Positions 36,749-46,940 of a stretch of DNA of 64,000 nt are shown here, in pieces (position 1 is the stretch's first letter; every line of letters starts with the position of its first letter). Origin of the DNA: a virus. Taxonomy: Duplodnaviria > Heunggongvirae > Uroviricota > Caudoviricetes. Below the pieces are notes generated by a model. It was given only the letters and a program-made list of their open reading frames with translations. It ran no database searches and was not told the origin of the DNA. The position numbers and the translations under genes are program-made. Location: the IMG/VR virus record IMGVR_UViG_3300029740_000238, one strand, 5' to 3'.

Positions 36749-38914
36749 ATGGCAAGAAGGAAAACAAACGACTTGGAAAATCAGATGTCGCTGATGGACA
36801 TGATGGCATCGGAAAGCCCCGAATATACCGAAGAAGGCCCGGAAGAACTCTTGGACCCCGGCGAGGACATGGAGGACAGTGAAGGGCAGACGGATAAGCC
36901 CTTCAAACTCGTGGCGAACAAGACCACGAAGGCAAAGGCGAGCATCTCCACGCAGGCGTTGAGTGTTGTGAAGGCGGTATATGCTGATACGGTAGAAACG
37001 AATTGGGAAGAGTTGTTTGACGGGTTCGACAGACTCTATGCTATCACTTTTTCGTCCGGTATCGAGTTCGTGAATAAGGTCATCAACAAGTTCTCGTATG
37101 CGGAAGTCGTGTTCGGCTGCGAGAAAATCATCGCCAACGACATTGCTGCCATCATGTCGGTGCAAATCGACAGCGTGCAGCGGCTCGCTAAGTCTAAGTC
37201 GGCAGGGAACCTTGCGAACCGCCTCGATGACGGGTCTTTGCAGCTGTATGTATCGCGAGACACGAAATCGCACGAGAAAATCTTTATCTTGGAGAGCGCT
37301 GACCATAAGCGTGTCCGAGTCATCACCGGCAGTGCGAATATGTCGGCATCGGCGTTTTGCGGCATTCAGCGAGAGAATATCGTCTGCTTCGATGACGAGG
37401 CGGCATTTTCGCATTACAAGGTTCTGTTCGAGACCTTCAAGGAGACCTGCTCCGACAATGTCTCCTATAAGGCAGTCGTGAACACCATGAACCAGGAAGA
37501 TTATCTGAAAGAGAACATCAAAGAAGTACCCGTCTTTCAGTCTATTGAAAAGCAGAAGCTTGTCTTTCTGGAACAGGCACAGCCTGAGGATGAGGTCGAA
37601 TACGAGATAGTTGCCGATGTCAAGAAAATGCAGGAACTCGTCAAGCCAATCATGCCTAAGATGCCGGTACAGGCGAATCGTATTGTAGTGGCAGCGGAAC
37701 CGATGCGCGTTTTCGGGAAACGATATACCGAGGTTCGGCGTGTGGCAGCTGAGGCAGTTAAGCAGCTCCCGAAATTACATATCGACTATGATGCCGGGAC
37801 CATGACCTTCAACGACGAGAATATCGACCTCAATCCGAATCTCAGCGAGGTGGCAAAGAACATCAAGAGCATCCAGAAGTTCTTCTCAGGCATGGACTAC
37901 TTTTACGGCGATATCGAGCAGGCCAAGAAGGACTACTTCAAATACATGACCTGGTATCTGGCTACTCCGTTCATGGCGTATCTGCGGTATTTCGCATCGA
38001 GGAACAACTACGATACGAAGCTGTTCCCGATGTACGGCGTTATATACGGCGACTCAAACGGCGGCAAGACGACATTTATAAAATTTCTTGTCAAACTCAT
38101 GTGCGGTGAGACCGTTAAGATGAACACGACGGAGGATTTCACAGCCACAAGAATCGACGGCCTCAAACGAGTTTGTGAGGGACTGCCGCTGAACATCGAC
38201 GACCTCGCCAAGACCCAGTTTCAGAACCATTCAGAACGGGTAATCAAGAACGATGAATGGGGTATCTCGGACAGGCTTGTGAACTATCCTGCTGTATCTA
38301 TCACATCGAATAAAATTACCTCGCTGACAAAAGACCTCTCGAAACGCGCTATCATCTGTCGAATTGGTGCTAAAATCGACAACGAGCGCGGTGCCAAGAA
38401 CTCGAAGCGTGTGAATGAGAGTATGTCGGAGCTGACAACCGCGTTCTATGGCGAATATGTCCGCCGAATGCTTGTTTGCATCGATGAGATGACGACGGAA
38501 ATGCGTGAAAATGCGAATGGCAAGGAATACTTCCCGGATATCTTCCACGCTTCGTCTAGCGTCATTGCAGATATCTTCGAGGCATGCGGAATCGATTTGC
38601 CGGACTATGTGCGTATCCTGTACTATAACGACTATATGGGTGATGAGAGCATTGGTCGTGCTGCAATTGAGAAAATCGAACTGGCATGGCAGGCTGACCC
38701 GAGCAAGTTCCGGGTCGATAAGAAGCAGAACAGGCTCATTTACTCCTATCCGCCGGATGGACCGTGGTACGAACTGAAATACATTGCAGATGAGCTGCCG
38801 AACTCCCTCGAAGCAGAGATTTCTGGCGGCAACCAGCTTATCATGAACTACGAGCAGGCACAGGAATTGTTCGGCATCAAGTTTCGGCGCTGGCTGGGCA
38901 TCTTTAACCTCTAA
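36749..38914 (+). CDS. Large protein with an N-terminal PLD/HKD-like nuclease motif and a C-terminal P-loop NTPase (VirE/primase-C-terminal-like)
   Basis: SHEKIFILE ... ITGSANMS resembles an HxK ... GSxN motif. Walker A YGDSNGGKTTF and Walker B LPLNIDDL. Confidence 0.55.
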   Translation: MARRKTNDLENQMSLMDMMASESPEYTEEGPEELLDPGEDMEDSEGQTDKPFKLVANKTTKAKASISTQALSVVKAVYADTVETNWEELFDGFDRLYAITFSSGIEFVNKVINKFSYAEVVFGCEKIIANDIAAIMSVQIDSVQRLAKSKSAGNLANRLDDGSLQLYVSRDTKSHEKIFILESADHKRVRVITGSANMSASAFCGIQRENIVCFDDEAAFSHYKVLFETFKETCSDNVSYKAVVNTMNQEDYLKENIKEVPVFQSIEKQKLVFLEQAQPEDEVEYEIVADVKKMQELVKPIMPKMPVQANRIVVAAEPMRVFGKRYTEVRRVAAEAVKQLPKLHIDYDAGTMTFNDENIDLNPNLSEVAKNIKSIQKFFSGMDYFYGDIEQAKKDYFKYMTWYLATPFMAYLRYFASRNNYDTKLFPMYGVIYGDSNGGKTTFIKFLVKLMCGETVKMNTTEDFTATRIDGLKRVCEGLPLNIDDLAKTQFQNHSERVIKNDEWGISDRLVNYPAVSITSNKITSLTKDLSKRAIICRIGAKIDNERGAKNSKRVNESMSELTTAFYGEYVRRMLVCIDEMTTEMRENANGKEYFPDIFHASSSVIADIFEACGIDLPDYVRILYYNDYMGDESIGRAAIEKIELAWQADPSKFRVDKKQNRLIYSYPPDGPWYELKYIADELPNSLEAEISGGNQLIMNYEQAQELFGIKFRRWLGIFNL

Positions 38915-38975
38915 TATGCATGGCAGGTTCTTTTCGGAGCCTGCCTTCTTATTTCGCAAAAATAGTTGCCCATTT

Positions 38976-38993
38976 GTGCGAATTGCAGACAAT
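38976..38993 (+). promoter_or_regulatory. Recurrent promoter-like motif GTGCGAATTGCAGACAAT
   Basis: Family member. Confidence 0.45.
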
Positions 38994-39076
38994 CAGAAAT
39001 AAAGCATAAAGCAAAGGAGCTGAGTACCATCTCAAAATTTGCAAGCAAAAAGTTGATTGAGCGAAATTGGAATATC

Positions 39077-39544
39077 ATGAAAGACTACGGCAACGGCTAT
39101 TCCATTGAGGAGCTTGCCGCAAAATACAGGTTGAGCGTCCGTACATGCTATCGAGCGTTAGACGACGCGAAACAGGAGGCCAGAATTCAGTTGGCGCAGG
39201 TAGAGGATGCTAGAAAGGCCGAAATTCTTGCGGCATACAAGAACAGTGTCCCTCTCAAGGAAATGATTGCGAAATTTAACGTGGCAGAAGGATATTGCAG
39301 CATGGTTGCCAACGATGCGGGCCTGACTGAAAACCGTAGAAATGAGCGCATCAAAATTAGACAAAGACCGCGCAATGAGAATATCTTTCGAGAATACGAG
39401 AGTGGCGTACCGGTGCAGAAACTATCCGAAAAATATCAGCTCTCGGTTCCTGGTATTTACAAGGTTATCCAGCGAGTGAGAAGGCAAAAGGAGGCGATGA
39501 GTCTTGCAATGGATTGTGAAGCAAACCAAATCGAAAGGATATGA
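39077..39544 (+). CDS. Small DNA-binding protein with three tandem helix-turn-helix repeats (sigma-70 region 4 / resolvase-HTH-like)
   Basis: Three similar ~45-aa segments (SIEELAAKYRLSVRTCYRAL / LKEMIAKFNVAEGYCSMVA / VQKLSEKYQLSVPGIYKVIQR). The start is uncertain (ORF opens at 38966). Confidence 0.5.
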   Translation: MKDYGNGYSIEELAAKYRLSVRTCYRALDDAKQEARIQLAQVEDARKAEILAAYKNSVPLKEMIAKFNVAEGYCSMVANDAGLTENRRNERIKIRQRPRNENIFREYESGVPVQKLSEKYQLSVPGIYKVIQRVRRQKEAMSLAMDCEANQIERI

Positions 39545-40142
39545 GTTCACCTTCGATATCGTGAAAGGCAAGGCCGTTATCGGGCAGGCACACTATATCC
39601 CGAAATTGCTACGGCAGGGTTATGGCATCCGGCTGAATGATTCCAAGTTTCTGCTGCAATACATGCCAGCTGCTGACGCAAGGGCGTACATGCGCGGCAT
39701 CAACACGAAAGATATTCTGAGACACCCTTTTGCTATCCGTGAGAACAACTGCACGGTAGGCGAGATTTCCGTCATCCATACAAAAACCGGATTCCTCCAA
39801 GGATACAATTCTATCGCCATGCAGCTGTATGGCGAGGAATACCAAAGCTACAAAATTGGTTTTGGAAAAGAAGGAGTATGCTGCCCTGTATTCCTTTGCG
39901 GACAGCAAATCGCCCAAATCAATAAGAGCGCGGTGGTCAAGGATAATCTGGATGAATACCTGATTTACGCAGTGAATGAAAAAGCACTGATGCCGTCCGT
40001 TATGTTCGCCATTTATATCGATGGGATATACTACGCAAACCGAGGCATGTATGTGGATGACGCAACGACTATCAACTGCGAATACAGCTTGAACGAGGAA
40101 GTCCTGTCCCACTACGACCCGAATTTTGTCAAAGGACTATGA
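39504..40142 (+). CDS. Hypothetical protein
   Basis: TTG start with AAAGGAGG 9 nt upstream. 212 aa. Confidence 0.5.
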   Translation: MQWIVKQTKSKGYEFTFDIVKGKAVIGQAHYIPKLLRQGYGIRLNDSKFLLQYMPAADARAYMRGINTKDILRHPFAIRENNCTVGEISVIHTKTGFLQGYNSIAMQLYGEEYQSYKIGFGKEGVCCPVFLCGQQIAQINKSAVVKDNLDEYLIYAVNEKALMPSVMFAIYIDGIYYANRGMYVDDATTINCEYSLNEEVLSHYDPNFVKGL

Positions 40143-40185
40143 CTCCGATAACTGGTATTCACAGACAATATCATGTTGCGAAACT

Positions 40186-40203
40186 GTGCGAATCGCAGAC
40201 AAT
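40186..40203 (+). promoter_or_regulatory. Recurrent promoter-like motif GTGCGAATCGCAGACAAT
   Basis: Family member 40 nt upstream of the 40243 gene. Confidence 0.45.
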
Positions 40204-40242
40204 TAAAAGTGAATGAATTACAAAAGCTACAGAGGATAAACA

Positions 40243-40839
40243 ATGAGCTATGAACCCATTATCACACCGGGCAGGAATTTCTTTCTTGTCTCGACGGAGT
40301 ACAAAGAGAGCTGCTCTGCCTGGTGCCGCAAGCAAATTAGAGCGACACTGAGGACCTGTCAGGGACGAGTCATCATCATTGATGCAACGGGCGAGTACGC
40401 GGACTTGGCGCTTGAACATGACAGATTGATTCGAGAGAAAATCCCGTCCATCATTTATCGGTATAAGCTGGTGGACGGGAAACCGTATATTGCTCATGTC
40501 ATTGAAGTTGATACGGAAGCAAATGAAGCACCGCACCTGATTGTATACGATATCAGCCGGACCATAATCACCAGCTGGAAGGTCGGCGTGGAGGCAATTG
40601 ATAAAATCCTGCAATCCTATGCCGTGATGCAGGACAGTGAAATTGCGTGGCTGTATGTTCCGTTGGACCTATATACCAATGTCAAGCCCGAAAGCGAATC
40701 CTGGAACATTTTGGAACGAACCATCAAGGGCAATGAAGGAAAGCTCATGACAGTACTGACGACTCGCAAATTCACCATTGGGATGGTCCAGCGCTGTTTG
40801 CATATGACAAAAAATAAACTTTTGGAGGATAGCAAATGA
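40243..40839 (+). CDS. Hypothetical protein
   Basis: 198 aa. RBS AGAGGATAA. Confidence 0.55.
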   Translation: MSYEPIITPGRNFFLVSTEYKESCSAWCRKQIRATLRTCQGRVIIIDATGEYADLALEHDRLIREKIPSIIYRYKLVDGKPYIAHVIEVDTEANEAPHLIVYDISRTIITSWKVGVEAIDKILQSYAVMQDSEIAWLYVPLDLYTNVKPESESWNILERTIKGNEGKLMTVLTTRKFTIGMVQRCLHMTKNKLLEDSK

Positions 40840-41723
40840 CCAATGAACAGCTGAGAATCGCATTGACAGCGAATGCCGTTACCAAACAGACCCGTAACCA
40901 TTTTGGGTTCAGTGACCCGTGTGGGAAGACTCTGGAAGAGTACAACAAATCTTCAACGCTTTGCTGTGTGACGGCAGCGCAGAAAATGAACACGCCGGGT
41001 TTTGAGCGTGTTTTGGCTGCGCAGATTTTTCCCTGCTTTACCATTGGCTGCTGGAATCAGACAAAGACGGTCTATGATTTTGACTACGAGTTTCAGAAAA
41101 TGCTGATGGATACGGATGACGTGGCAATTCATCAGGATATTCTGCAGCGACTCCCGGCTCGTGATTTCTTTATCCCGGTGTATGACAGCTACGACTACAA
41201 CGGTATGTTCGTGCATGTGGAATTCGAAGAGAAAGAGAAGACCACTGCTTTCGGCATCGTTCTTGTCGGCCCGGCCAAAGGCAGCCATGATGATTTCACG
41301 TTCCTGACTCTGCCTGCCTGGGCCAAAGAAAACCAGAGCTTGACGGAAGCAACTCGGAGCACGAAAGAATACCTGGAAAAGGCAGCCGGGCAGCGGCAGG
41401 TAAATGGAATCAGTGTACCGGCTGTGATGGAAGCAGTTCCTTCGGTCTTTGACGGCGGCACACCTTATGTTCGCCTGGCAATCCTGTGTGCCTACTATCT
41501 TGCCAGTAAGAACCCTGATGTCCGCTTGGAAACTTCCAAAAAGCGTGACCGCCCGGTATTCGTGTTTCAGGGAAAGGCACAGCGAATCAACGTCAAGACA
41601 TATACCGTTGGTGAGAATGCGGCCAAAGAATACAAAAAGAATGGGGAAGGCAAAACTCCCCGCTGGCGGCATTACTGGTGCGGCAATAGCCGGGAACGCC
41701 GGGAACGCAAGTTTATTTACTGA
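40836..41723 (+). CDS. Hypothetical protein
   Basis: 295 aa. ATGA overlap with the upstream gene. Confidence 0.55.
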   Translation: MTNEQLRIALTANAVTKQTRNHFGFSDPCGKTLEEYNKSSTLCCVTAAQKMNTPGFERVLAAQIFPCFTIGCWNQTKTVYDFDYEFQKMLMDTDDVAIHQDILQRLPARDFFIPVYDSYDYNGMFVHVEFEEKEKTTAFGIVLVGPAKGSHDDFTFLTLPAWAKENQSLTEATRSTKEYLEKAAGQRQVNGISVPAVMEAVPSVFDGGTPYVRLAILCAYYLASKNPDVRLETSKKRDRPVFVFQGKAQRINVKTYTVGENAAKEYKKNGEGKTPRWRHYWCGNSRERRERKFIY

Positions 41724-41741
41724 TGGCGGTGAGGGTGAATC

Positions 41742-42449
41742 ATGGCTCCCCATACTTATCAGGACCCGATTGGGTTCTATGAATGGTTCGATGACCTTCC
41801 TTATGCTATCCAGGATAGTATTCTGAAACACCTGCCGCATATGGAAGGCGAGGAATGGCTCATTGTCATTATCCTTGCAGCTCTTCTTCTGATGATTCTG
41901 GTTTCAGCGTATCTGGGCTTTGCAAGACATAATGTCAAAAAAACGAGTGAACGACTCAACGCTTTGAAAGAGCTGAACAACGCGACTGAATTCATGCCGG
42001 TCGAGGCGCAGTACCGCTACTATCTACGTTCTGATACGAAGCTGGAATACGAGGAGTTCTCGCTCCCGAAGTTCTTTCGCCGTGAAGTGAGGGAAAACTT
42101 CAAGCTGTACAATACCCTGCTTGGCAATGCTCGGGCAAACACGGTATTGTATGAAACATACGGCCGCGAAATCCAGGAACTCCCGGATTGGACAGAATCG
42201 GATGACGATTGCGGGCGGCATATCCCGTTCTTTCTCTACCACAACATCGAGAAAGAGTTGTACGATGAAACCGTCCTGGACTGCCCCGTAACGAGCCCTG
42301 AGTTTGTCTGTACGAAAAGCTATCTGCCCAAAGATGCCAAAGAGCCGATTGAGACGGAAGAAACCTATACGCTGGAAGAGCTCGAAGAGTACATACGCCG
42401 CTTGAAGGTTGCAGCCGATGTCAAGAAGAACAGCCAGAACGCAGGCTGA
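41742..42449 (+). CDS. Hypothetical membrane-anchored protein
   Basis: 235 aa. One TM helix (WLIVIILAALLLMILVSAYLGF). Confidence 0.55.
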   Translation: MAPHTYQDPIGFYEWFDDLPYAIQDSILKHLPHMEGEEWLIVIILAALLLMILVSAYLGFARHNVKKTSERLNALKELNNATEFMPVEAQYRYYLRSDTKLEYEEFSLPKFFRREVRENFKLYNTLLGNARANTVLYETYGREIQELPDWTESDDDCGRHIPFFLYHNIEKELYDETVLDCPVTSPEFVCTKSYLPKDAKEPIETEETYTLEELEEYIRRLKVAADVKKNSQNAG

Positions 42450-42520
42450 AAAAAGTCAGCAGCCATAAGCAAGAAGCAGGGCCCTGTGTTTCATGGTTCC
42501 AGAACGTCTTCCCACCTTAA

Positions 42521-42547
42521 TTTTACCAGTACTTTGATATTCTGTGG
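42521..42547. repeat. Third copy of TTTTACCAG(T/C)A(C/G)TTTGATATTCTGTGG
   Basis: Matches the tandem pair at 36317-36373. Confidence 0.65.
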
Positions 42548-42588
42548 CCATTGACAAACGGCGCAAAAGGTGCTTGGGTTAAAAGCCC

Positions 42589-42616
42589 TTGCAAAAAAGT
42601 GCAATATCCATATAAT
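42589..42616 (+). promoter_or_regulatory. Sigma-A-type promoter
   Basis: TTGCAA, then 16 nt, then TATAAT, about 28 nt upstream of the 42644 start. Confidence 0.55.
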
Positions 42617-42643
42617 AAGAAATCCAAAAGGGAGATACACATT

Positions 42644-43252
42644 ATGAGTGAACAGAAAGAAAATGCTCAGCTCGAAGCTTATCGGAAGCTCGTTGAAGAT
42701 TTCAAGCGCTTCGTCAGTTCTGAAATTCGGGCAGAAGAGAACAGCTACAGGATTGTGGACATGACTTCCGAAGATGCCGAAATCGATGACCCGAGCGTTC
42801 CGGTGACTCAACTGGAGGACGAAAAAGCAGAGAAGCTTGCCGGTATTTGCATGGACCTGTCCAATGCCACGCTGTGGCTCTACTACAACCGTGACAAATT
42901 TGCAAACGTCGAGTTTATGCCCCTGACTGATGAAACTCTGAAAGAATACCAGAAGCAGGCTCAGAATGCTCTGAATGAACCGAAGAGCCCTCTGTATCTG
43001 AAATCCTGGTATCAGCTCATTGAAATGTTGAGTCAGGAATGTATCCCGCAGCGCTACGAGGACGACGGTCAGCGATATACAGACGTCTATGTGAACACCT
43101 ATATGCTCATGTACCTGACCATGACCCGACTCAAGAATGGCGGAACCTTTACACGCCTTGCAAACGGGCAGGGAAGCGATGCTGTGAAAATCACGACCAT
43201 CGCAATGTACTACTTCTCCAGCCTTTTGACGGTTCTCTGCACTGAATATTAA
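42644..43252 (+). CDS. Hypothetical protein
   Basis: 202 aa. RBS AAAGGGAGA. Confidence 0.55.
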   Translation: MSEQKENAQLEAYRKLVEDFKRFVSSEIRAEENSYRIVDMTSEDAEIDDPSVPVTQLEDEKAEKLAGICMDLSNATLWLYYNRDKFANVEFMPLTDETLKEYQKQAQNALNEPKSPLYLKSWYQLIEMLSQECIPQRYEDDGQRYTDVYVNTYMLMYLTMTRLKNGGTFTRLANGQGSDAVKITTIAMYYFSSLLTVLCTEY

Positions 43253-43262
43253 GAAATTTTTT

Positions 43263-43302
43263 CCCGTGTGAGCAGCGACGCTCATGCGGGAATTTTTTTG
43301 TA
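43263..43302 (+). terminator. Rho-independent terminator
   Basis: 13-bp stem TTCCCGTGTGAGC / GCTCATGCGGGAA followed by TTTTTTTG. Confidence 0.65.
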
Positions 43303-43320
43303 ATTTTCTATTGTCAATCT

Positions 43321-43338
43321 GTGCGAATTACGTACAAT
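43321..43338 (+). promoter_or_regulatory. Recurrent promoter-like motif GTGCGAATTACGTACAAT
   Basis: Family member. Confidence 0.45.
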
Positions 43339-43372
43339 GAAAAATATAAACCAAAAATATATCTTATCGTTG

Positions 43373-43410
43373 TCCCGCATGAGTTGTTTGTGCGGGACTT
43401 TTTTGTTTGC
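43373..43410 (+). terminator. Leader hairpin plus T-run between the promoter-like motif and the small gene
   Basis: Perfect 8-bp stem GTCCCGCA / TGCGGGAC followed by TTTTTTGTTTG. Confidence 0.5.
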
Positions 43411-43426
43411 GGAAAGGAAATGCACT

Positions 43427-43624
43427 ATGTACGGTTTATCAGAAGAAAGCTTAACGATTGTTGGTGTTATTTTGATTGTGGTTGGTGTCGCTATGATTGG
43501 TTGGGGATTTGAATGGAATCAGGACATTACCAATGATAAACGGGTCGGAACCGTTGTCAGAGACATTGGCGTTATGGTTTTGGCAACCGGCATTATATTT
43601 GTGATGCAGCGGGCAATGAACTAA
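43427..43624 (+). CDS. Small membrane protein (65 aa)
   Basis: Two hydrophobic helices. RBS AAAGGAAAT. Confidence 0.45.
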   Translation: MYGLSEESLTIVGVILIVVGVAMIGWGFEWNQDITNDKRVGTVVRDIGVMVLATGIIFVMQRAMN

Positions 43625-43679
43625 ATTGAGAAAAAGTAAGGCAGGCTCATTTCGGGCTTGCTTGTTTTTTGGGTGAAAT

Positions 43680-45875
43680 ATGATTACAACAAAGAAGATT
43701 GACCCACGGCCATATCAGCAGAAAGCTGCTGCGGCGATTCATAGAGAGTGGGATGCCGGGAATAAGAAAACGCTGGTTGTGATGCCGACCGGAACCGGCA
43801 AAACTATTGTGTTTGCAAGCATCGTGAACGACCAGGTGGCAAAGGGCGAACACGTTTTGATTCTTGCGCACCGGGAAGAGCTTTTACAGCAGGCAAGCGA
43901 CAAGCTCAAGATGGTGACGGGGCTAGAGACCGCGTTAGAGAAAGCGCAAAGCTCGGCGCTCGATTCCGATAAGATGGTCGTGGTTGCCAGTGTTCAGACT
44001 CTCTCTAAGCAGAATCGGTTAATGAAGTATCCGCGTGATTATTTCGGGACTATCATCATTGATGAAGCGCATCACACGGCAGCCAAAACTTACAAGGGAA
44101 TTCTCGAGCATTTCATCGATGCCAAAGTGTTGGGCGTGACCGCAACACCCGACCGAAGCGACATGAAATCCCTATCTGATATCTTTGATAGTCTTGCATT
44201 TGAATATAAGCTCCCGGATGCAATTCGGGAAGGATATCTCGGCAAAATTAACACGAAGACAATTCCGGTCGAGGTAGACATCAGCAAGGTTCATATCAAT
44301 GCCGGTGATTTCAGTGCTCAGGACCTCGGCAATGTTCTTGACCTGTATCTGGACACGATTGCGGATGCCATTGTGCGAGAATGCCAGAACCGAAAGACTG
44401 TCATCTTTACGCCTCTGGTACGAATCAGCAAAAGACTGTGTAATATCCTCAATAAGCGAAACTTCAAGACCGCAGAAGTCAACGGCGCGTCTGCGGACCG
44501 GAAGGACGTTCTGAAAGGGTTTGACAATGGCGAGTACAAGGCGCTGACGAACGCGATGCTCCTGACGGAAGGCTGGGATTGCCCGACCGTTGACTGTATC
44601 ATCTGCTTGCGTCCTACCAAGAGCCGTAGCCTGTATGCGCAGATTGTGGGACGCGGAACACGCCTATGTGAAGGGAAAAAGAATCTTCTCGTGCTGGATT
44701 TCCTGTGGCTGACAAAGAAACATAGTCTTTGCCATCCTGCTGATATTTTCTGTGAAGACCCGGAAGTGGCACAAAAGACCACCGATTTGCTGGCGGATGC
44801 GGCACTCACCGGTTCGAATAGCCAGGAGAATTTCGGGAGTCCCGAATTGGGGCTGATTGAGGCAATCGAGGAAGCACAGACTGAGCTGGACGAGGAAAAG
44901 CGGAAAGCACTGTGTGAACTCGAAAAGCAGGATACGATTCAGCGCAAGCTCAAGGCACAGCGTCAAAAGCCGAGAGGATTGGTTGACCCGCTGCAGTACA
45001 TTTTCAGCATCGAAGCGCCGGAACTCAACGATTATCAGCCGATGTTTGAGAGTGAGAGGCAGGAGCCTTCCGATGACATCATCGATAGTATTTCGTGCTA
45101 CGGCGTAAAAGGGGATGCCATCAAATCTCAGGGCCTTGCCGCTGCGATTCTCAAACGACTCATCGCTCGCAGGGCCAGCGGAATGGCTACCCCGAAACAG
45201 ATTCGGTGTCTTGAAAGTTTTGGGTTCGTCCATGTTGGGCGCTGGACAATGCAGTATGCAAGCAGTTTCCTGAACGTCATCAGCTCTCATGACTGGAAAC
45301 TTCCGAATGGGTTCGACGCATCCACGCTGGACCCGGAAAAGAATACGGCAGAAGACCTCGCCAAGCTGTATCCAGACTACAAGGAAGATGAGACGAAGAA
45401 AGCACCGCGTGGGGATGCTTTCATCTGCTGCTACTACGATGCAAGCTACAATTTGGCTCGCAAGAAGGTCTGCAACAGTGAAAAAGAAATGTTGAATCTG
45501 TATTATTCACTGTTCAATACTTGCGAAGCAAAGTACTTCTATTATACGAAGGAAGCTGATGCCTGGATGGCAGAAAAGCAGAATCTAATTGCCAGAAAGA
45601 CTGGAACACCGATTCCTGCCGCACAGCCGACTCAGGCAACACCCGCAGTACCTCCTCCCTTTGTCCCGACAGCTCCCGCTAAGAGCCACGAATATTATTG
45701 CTGCCTTGCCCGATGGGATGGGTCCTACATTGGCTATGAAACTTACAAGAGTGAGCAGGCAGCTCAGAATGCCCGAAAGCAGATTGCCCGGCGCGGTGAG
45801 ACGGCAGTGTATGCCACAGTAGAGGAAGCCGAAGCGTGGGTCGAACAACAGAAGGCGGCAAGAACCAGGAGGTAA
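43680..45875 (+). CDS. SF2 DEAD/DEAH-box helicase (type III restriction Res-subunit-like ATPase) with a C-terminal extension
   Basis: Motif I VVMPTGTGKT, motif II DEAHH and motif III TATPDR. Confidence 0.8.
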   Translation: MITTKKIDPRPYQQKAAAAIHREWDAGNKKTLVVMPTGTGKTIVFASIVNDQVAKGEHVLILAHREELLQQASDKLKMVTGLETALEKAQSSALDSDKMVVVASVQTLSKQNRLMKYPRDYFGTIIIDEAHHTAAKTYKGILEHFIDAKVLGVTATPDRSDMKSLSDIFDSLAFEYKLPDAIREGYLGKINTKTIPVEVDISKVHINAGDFSAQDLGNVLDLYLDTIADAIVRECQNRKTVIFTPLVRISKRLCNILNKRNFKTAEVNGASADRKDVLKGFDNGEYKALTNAMLLTEGWDCPTVDCIICLRPTKSRSLYAQIVGRGTRLCEGKKNLLVLDFLWLTKKHSLCHPADIFCEDPEVAQKTTDLLADAALTGSNSQENFGSPELGLIEAIEEAQTELDEEKRKALCELEKQDTIQRKLKAQRQKPRGLVDPLQYIFSIEAPELNDYQPMFESERQEPSDDIIDSISCYGVKGDAIKSQGLAAAILKRLIARRASGMATPKQIRCLESFGFVHVGRWTMQYASSFLNVISSHDWKLPNGFDASTLDPEKNTAEDLAKLYPDYKEDETKKAPRGDAFICCYYDASYNLARKKVCNSEKEMLNLYYSLFNTCEAKYFYYTKEADAWMAEKQNLIARKTGTPIPAAQPTQATPAVPPPFVPTAPAKSHEYYCCLARWDGSYIGYETYKSEQAAQNARKQIARRGETAVYATVEEAEAWVEQQKAARTRR

Positions 45876-45879
45876 CAAG

Positions 45880-46434
45880 ATGCGTACAAACAAGACGGCA
45901 AGCCATATTTACTATGAGCTTGACCACGATGTGCAGGAATATGCGAAACGGCTTTTAGCCAAAAAAATTCTGCACGCGGCACAGCAGAACAATGCCGCTC
46001 CGTTATCTGATAAAACGGCAAAGAAGACTGCTGAGACGGCAGTATTTCTGACCGAACGCCTCGCGCTTTTGTATGAGCTGAATTCTGGATTCCGAGGCAT
46101 CCGATTCAGCACTTTCGGAGAACAACCTGCTGTTTACACTACCATGGTCCAGCACAATGCTCCGCTGTACGATGAGCTGATGCTTGGACGGGCCTATAAC
46201 CTTGCCAACTACCTTGCTGCTGATAACGCGGATATCAAAGAATCTGCTTTGATGAAGCACAAGGTTTTGGCAGCAATTTATAGTGCCGCTGCGCACATAA
46301 GGGAACAGACTTTGGAACCGGGGAAAATCAAGGTTCAGAGCCAGCTGTTTGTGTCTACGGCTGTTGAGCTGTTCAGCAGCCTTTTGGATGCAGTGGCAGA
46401 GAAAAAGAACGACAGCAATAAAAGTGCCGCCTGA
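45880..46434 (+). CDS. Hypothetical protein
   Basis: 184 aa. RBS CAGGAGG. Confidence 0.55.
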   Translation: MRTNKTASHIYYELDHDVQEYAKRLLAKKILHAAQQNNAAPLSDKTAKKTAETAVFLTERLALLYELNSGFRGIRFSTFGEQPAVYTTMVQHNAPLYDELMLGRAYNLANYLAADNADIKESALMKHKVLAAIYSAAAHIREQTLEPGKIKVQSQLFVSTAVELFSSLLDAVAEKKNDSNKSAA

Positions 46435-46456
46435 GTTAGAAATTAGGGGAGTTTGC

Positions 46457-46909
46457 ATGATTCGAGTTAAGAAAGAGAACCACCGTAGTTGGTTCATGAG
46501 CAACTATTATCATTGCGAATTTGTGATGAATGGGATTCGTTACAAGAACGCCGAGGCAGCATTCCAGAGTCACAAGGTCCCACTGGAAGAGCGCAGACAG
46601 TTTGCGGACATGCCACCGGCTTCTGCCAAGCGCTTTGGCCGCAATGTAGCTATCCCCGCAAACTGGGATGAGGCTCGGGACGACGTGATGCGCCGCGTGG
46701 TGATGGCCAAGTTCGAGCAGAATGAGGACCTCAAACAGCGTCTCCTCGAAACGGGAACGCAGCCAATCGAGGAAGATACCACCAGTTGGCACGATAACTA
46801 CTGGGGAAACTGCCATTGCCCGAAATGCCGGAACATCCCGGGTCAGAACCGGCTTGGGATTATTCTGATGGAAACGAGGGACAAGCTAAAAAAACAAACG
46901 AGTAAATAA
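46457..46909 (+). CDS. NADAR/YbiA-like (DUF1768) protein; candidate ADP-ribosyl N-glycosidase
   Basis: SNYYHCEF ... YKNAEAAFQSHK ... W ... pattern typical of the NADAR family. RBS GGGGAG. Confidence 0.65.
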   Translation: MIRVKKENHRSWFMSNYYHCEFVMNGIRYKNAEAAFQSHKVPLEERRQFADMPPASAKRFGRNVAIPANWDEARDDVMRRVVMAKFEQNEDLKQRLLETGTQPIEEDTTSWHDNYWGNCHCPKCRNIPGQNRLGIILMETRDKLKKQTSK

Positions 46910-46940
46910 TATTTGCGAGTCATTTCCTTTTTTAAGACAA

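Noticed and set aside
36635-37414. 259-aa minus-strand ORF.
   Set aside because: It is antisense to the 5' part of the PLD-like/P-loop gene, which has the RBS and the conserved motifs.
43337-43426. Upstream extension of the small membrane gene (start at 43337).
   Set aside because: It would translate through the leader hairpin and T-run. The internal ATG at 43427 has the RBS.
43680-45875. SF2 helicase as the missing HsdR of the type I system.
   Set aside because: It lies 4 kb away in a different transcription unit, is only 731 aa, and lacks an N-terminal PD-(D/E)xK nuclease region.
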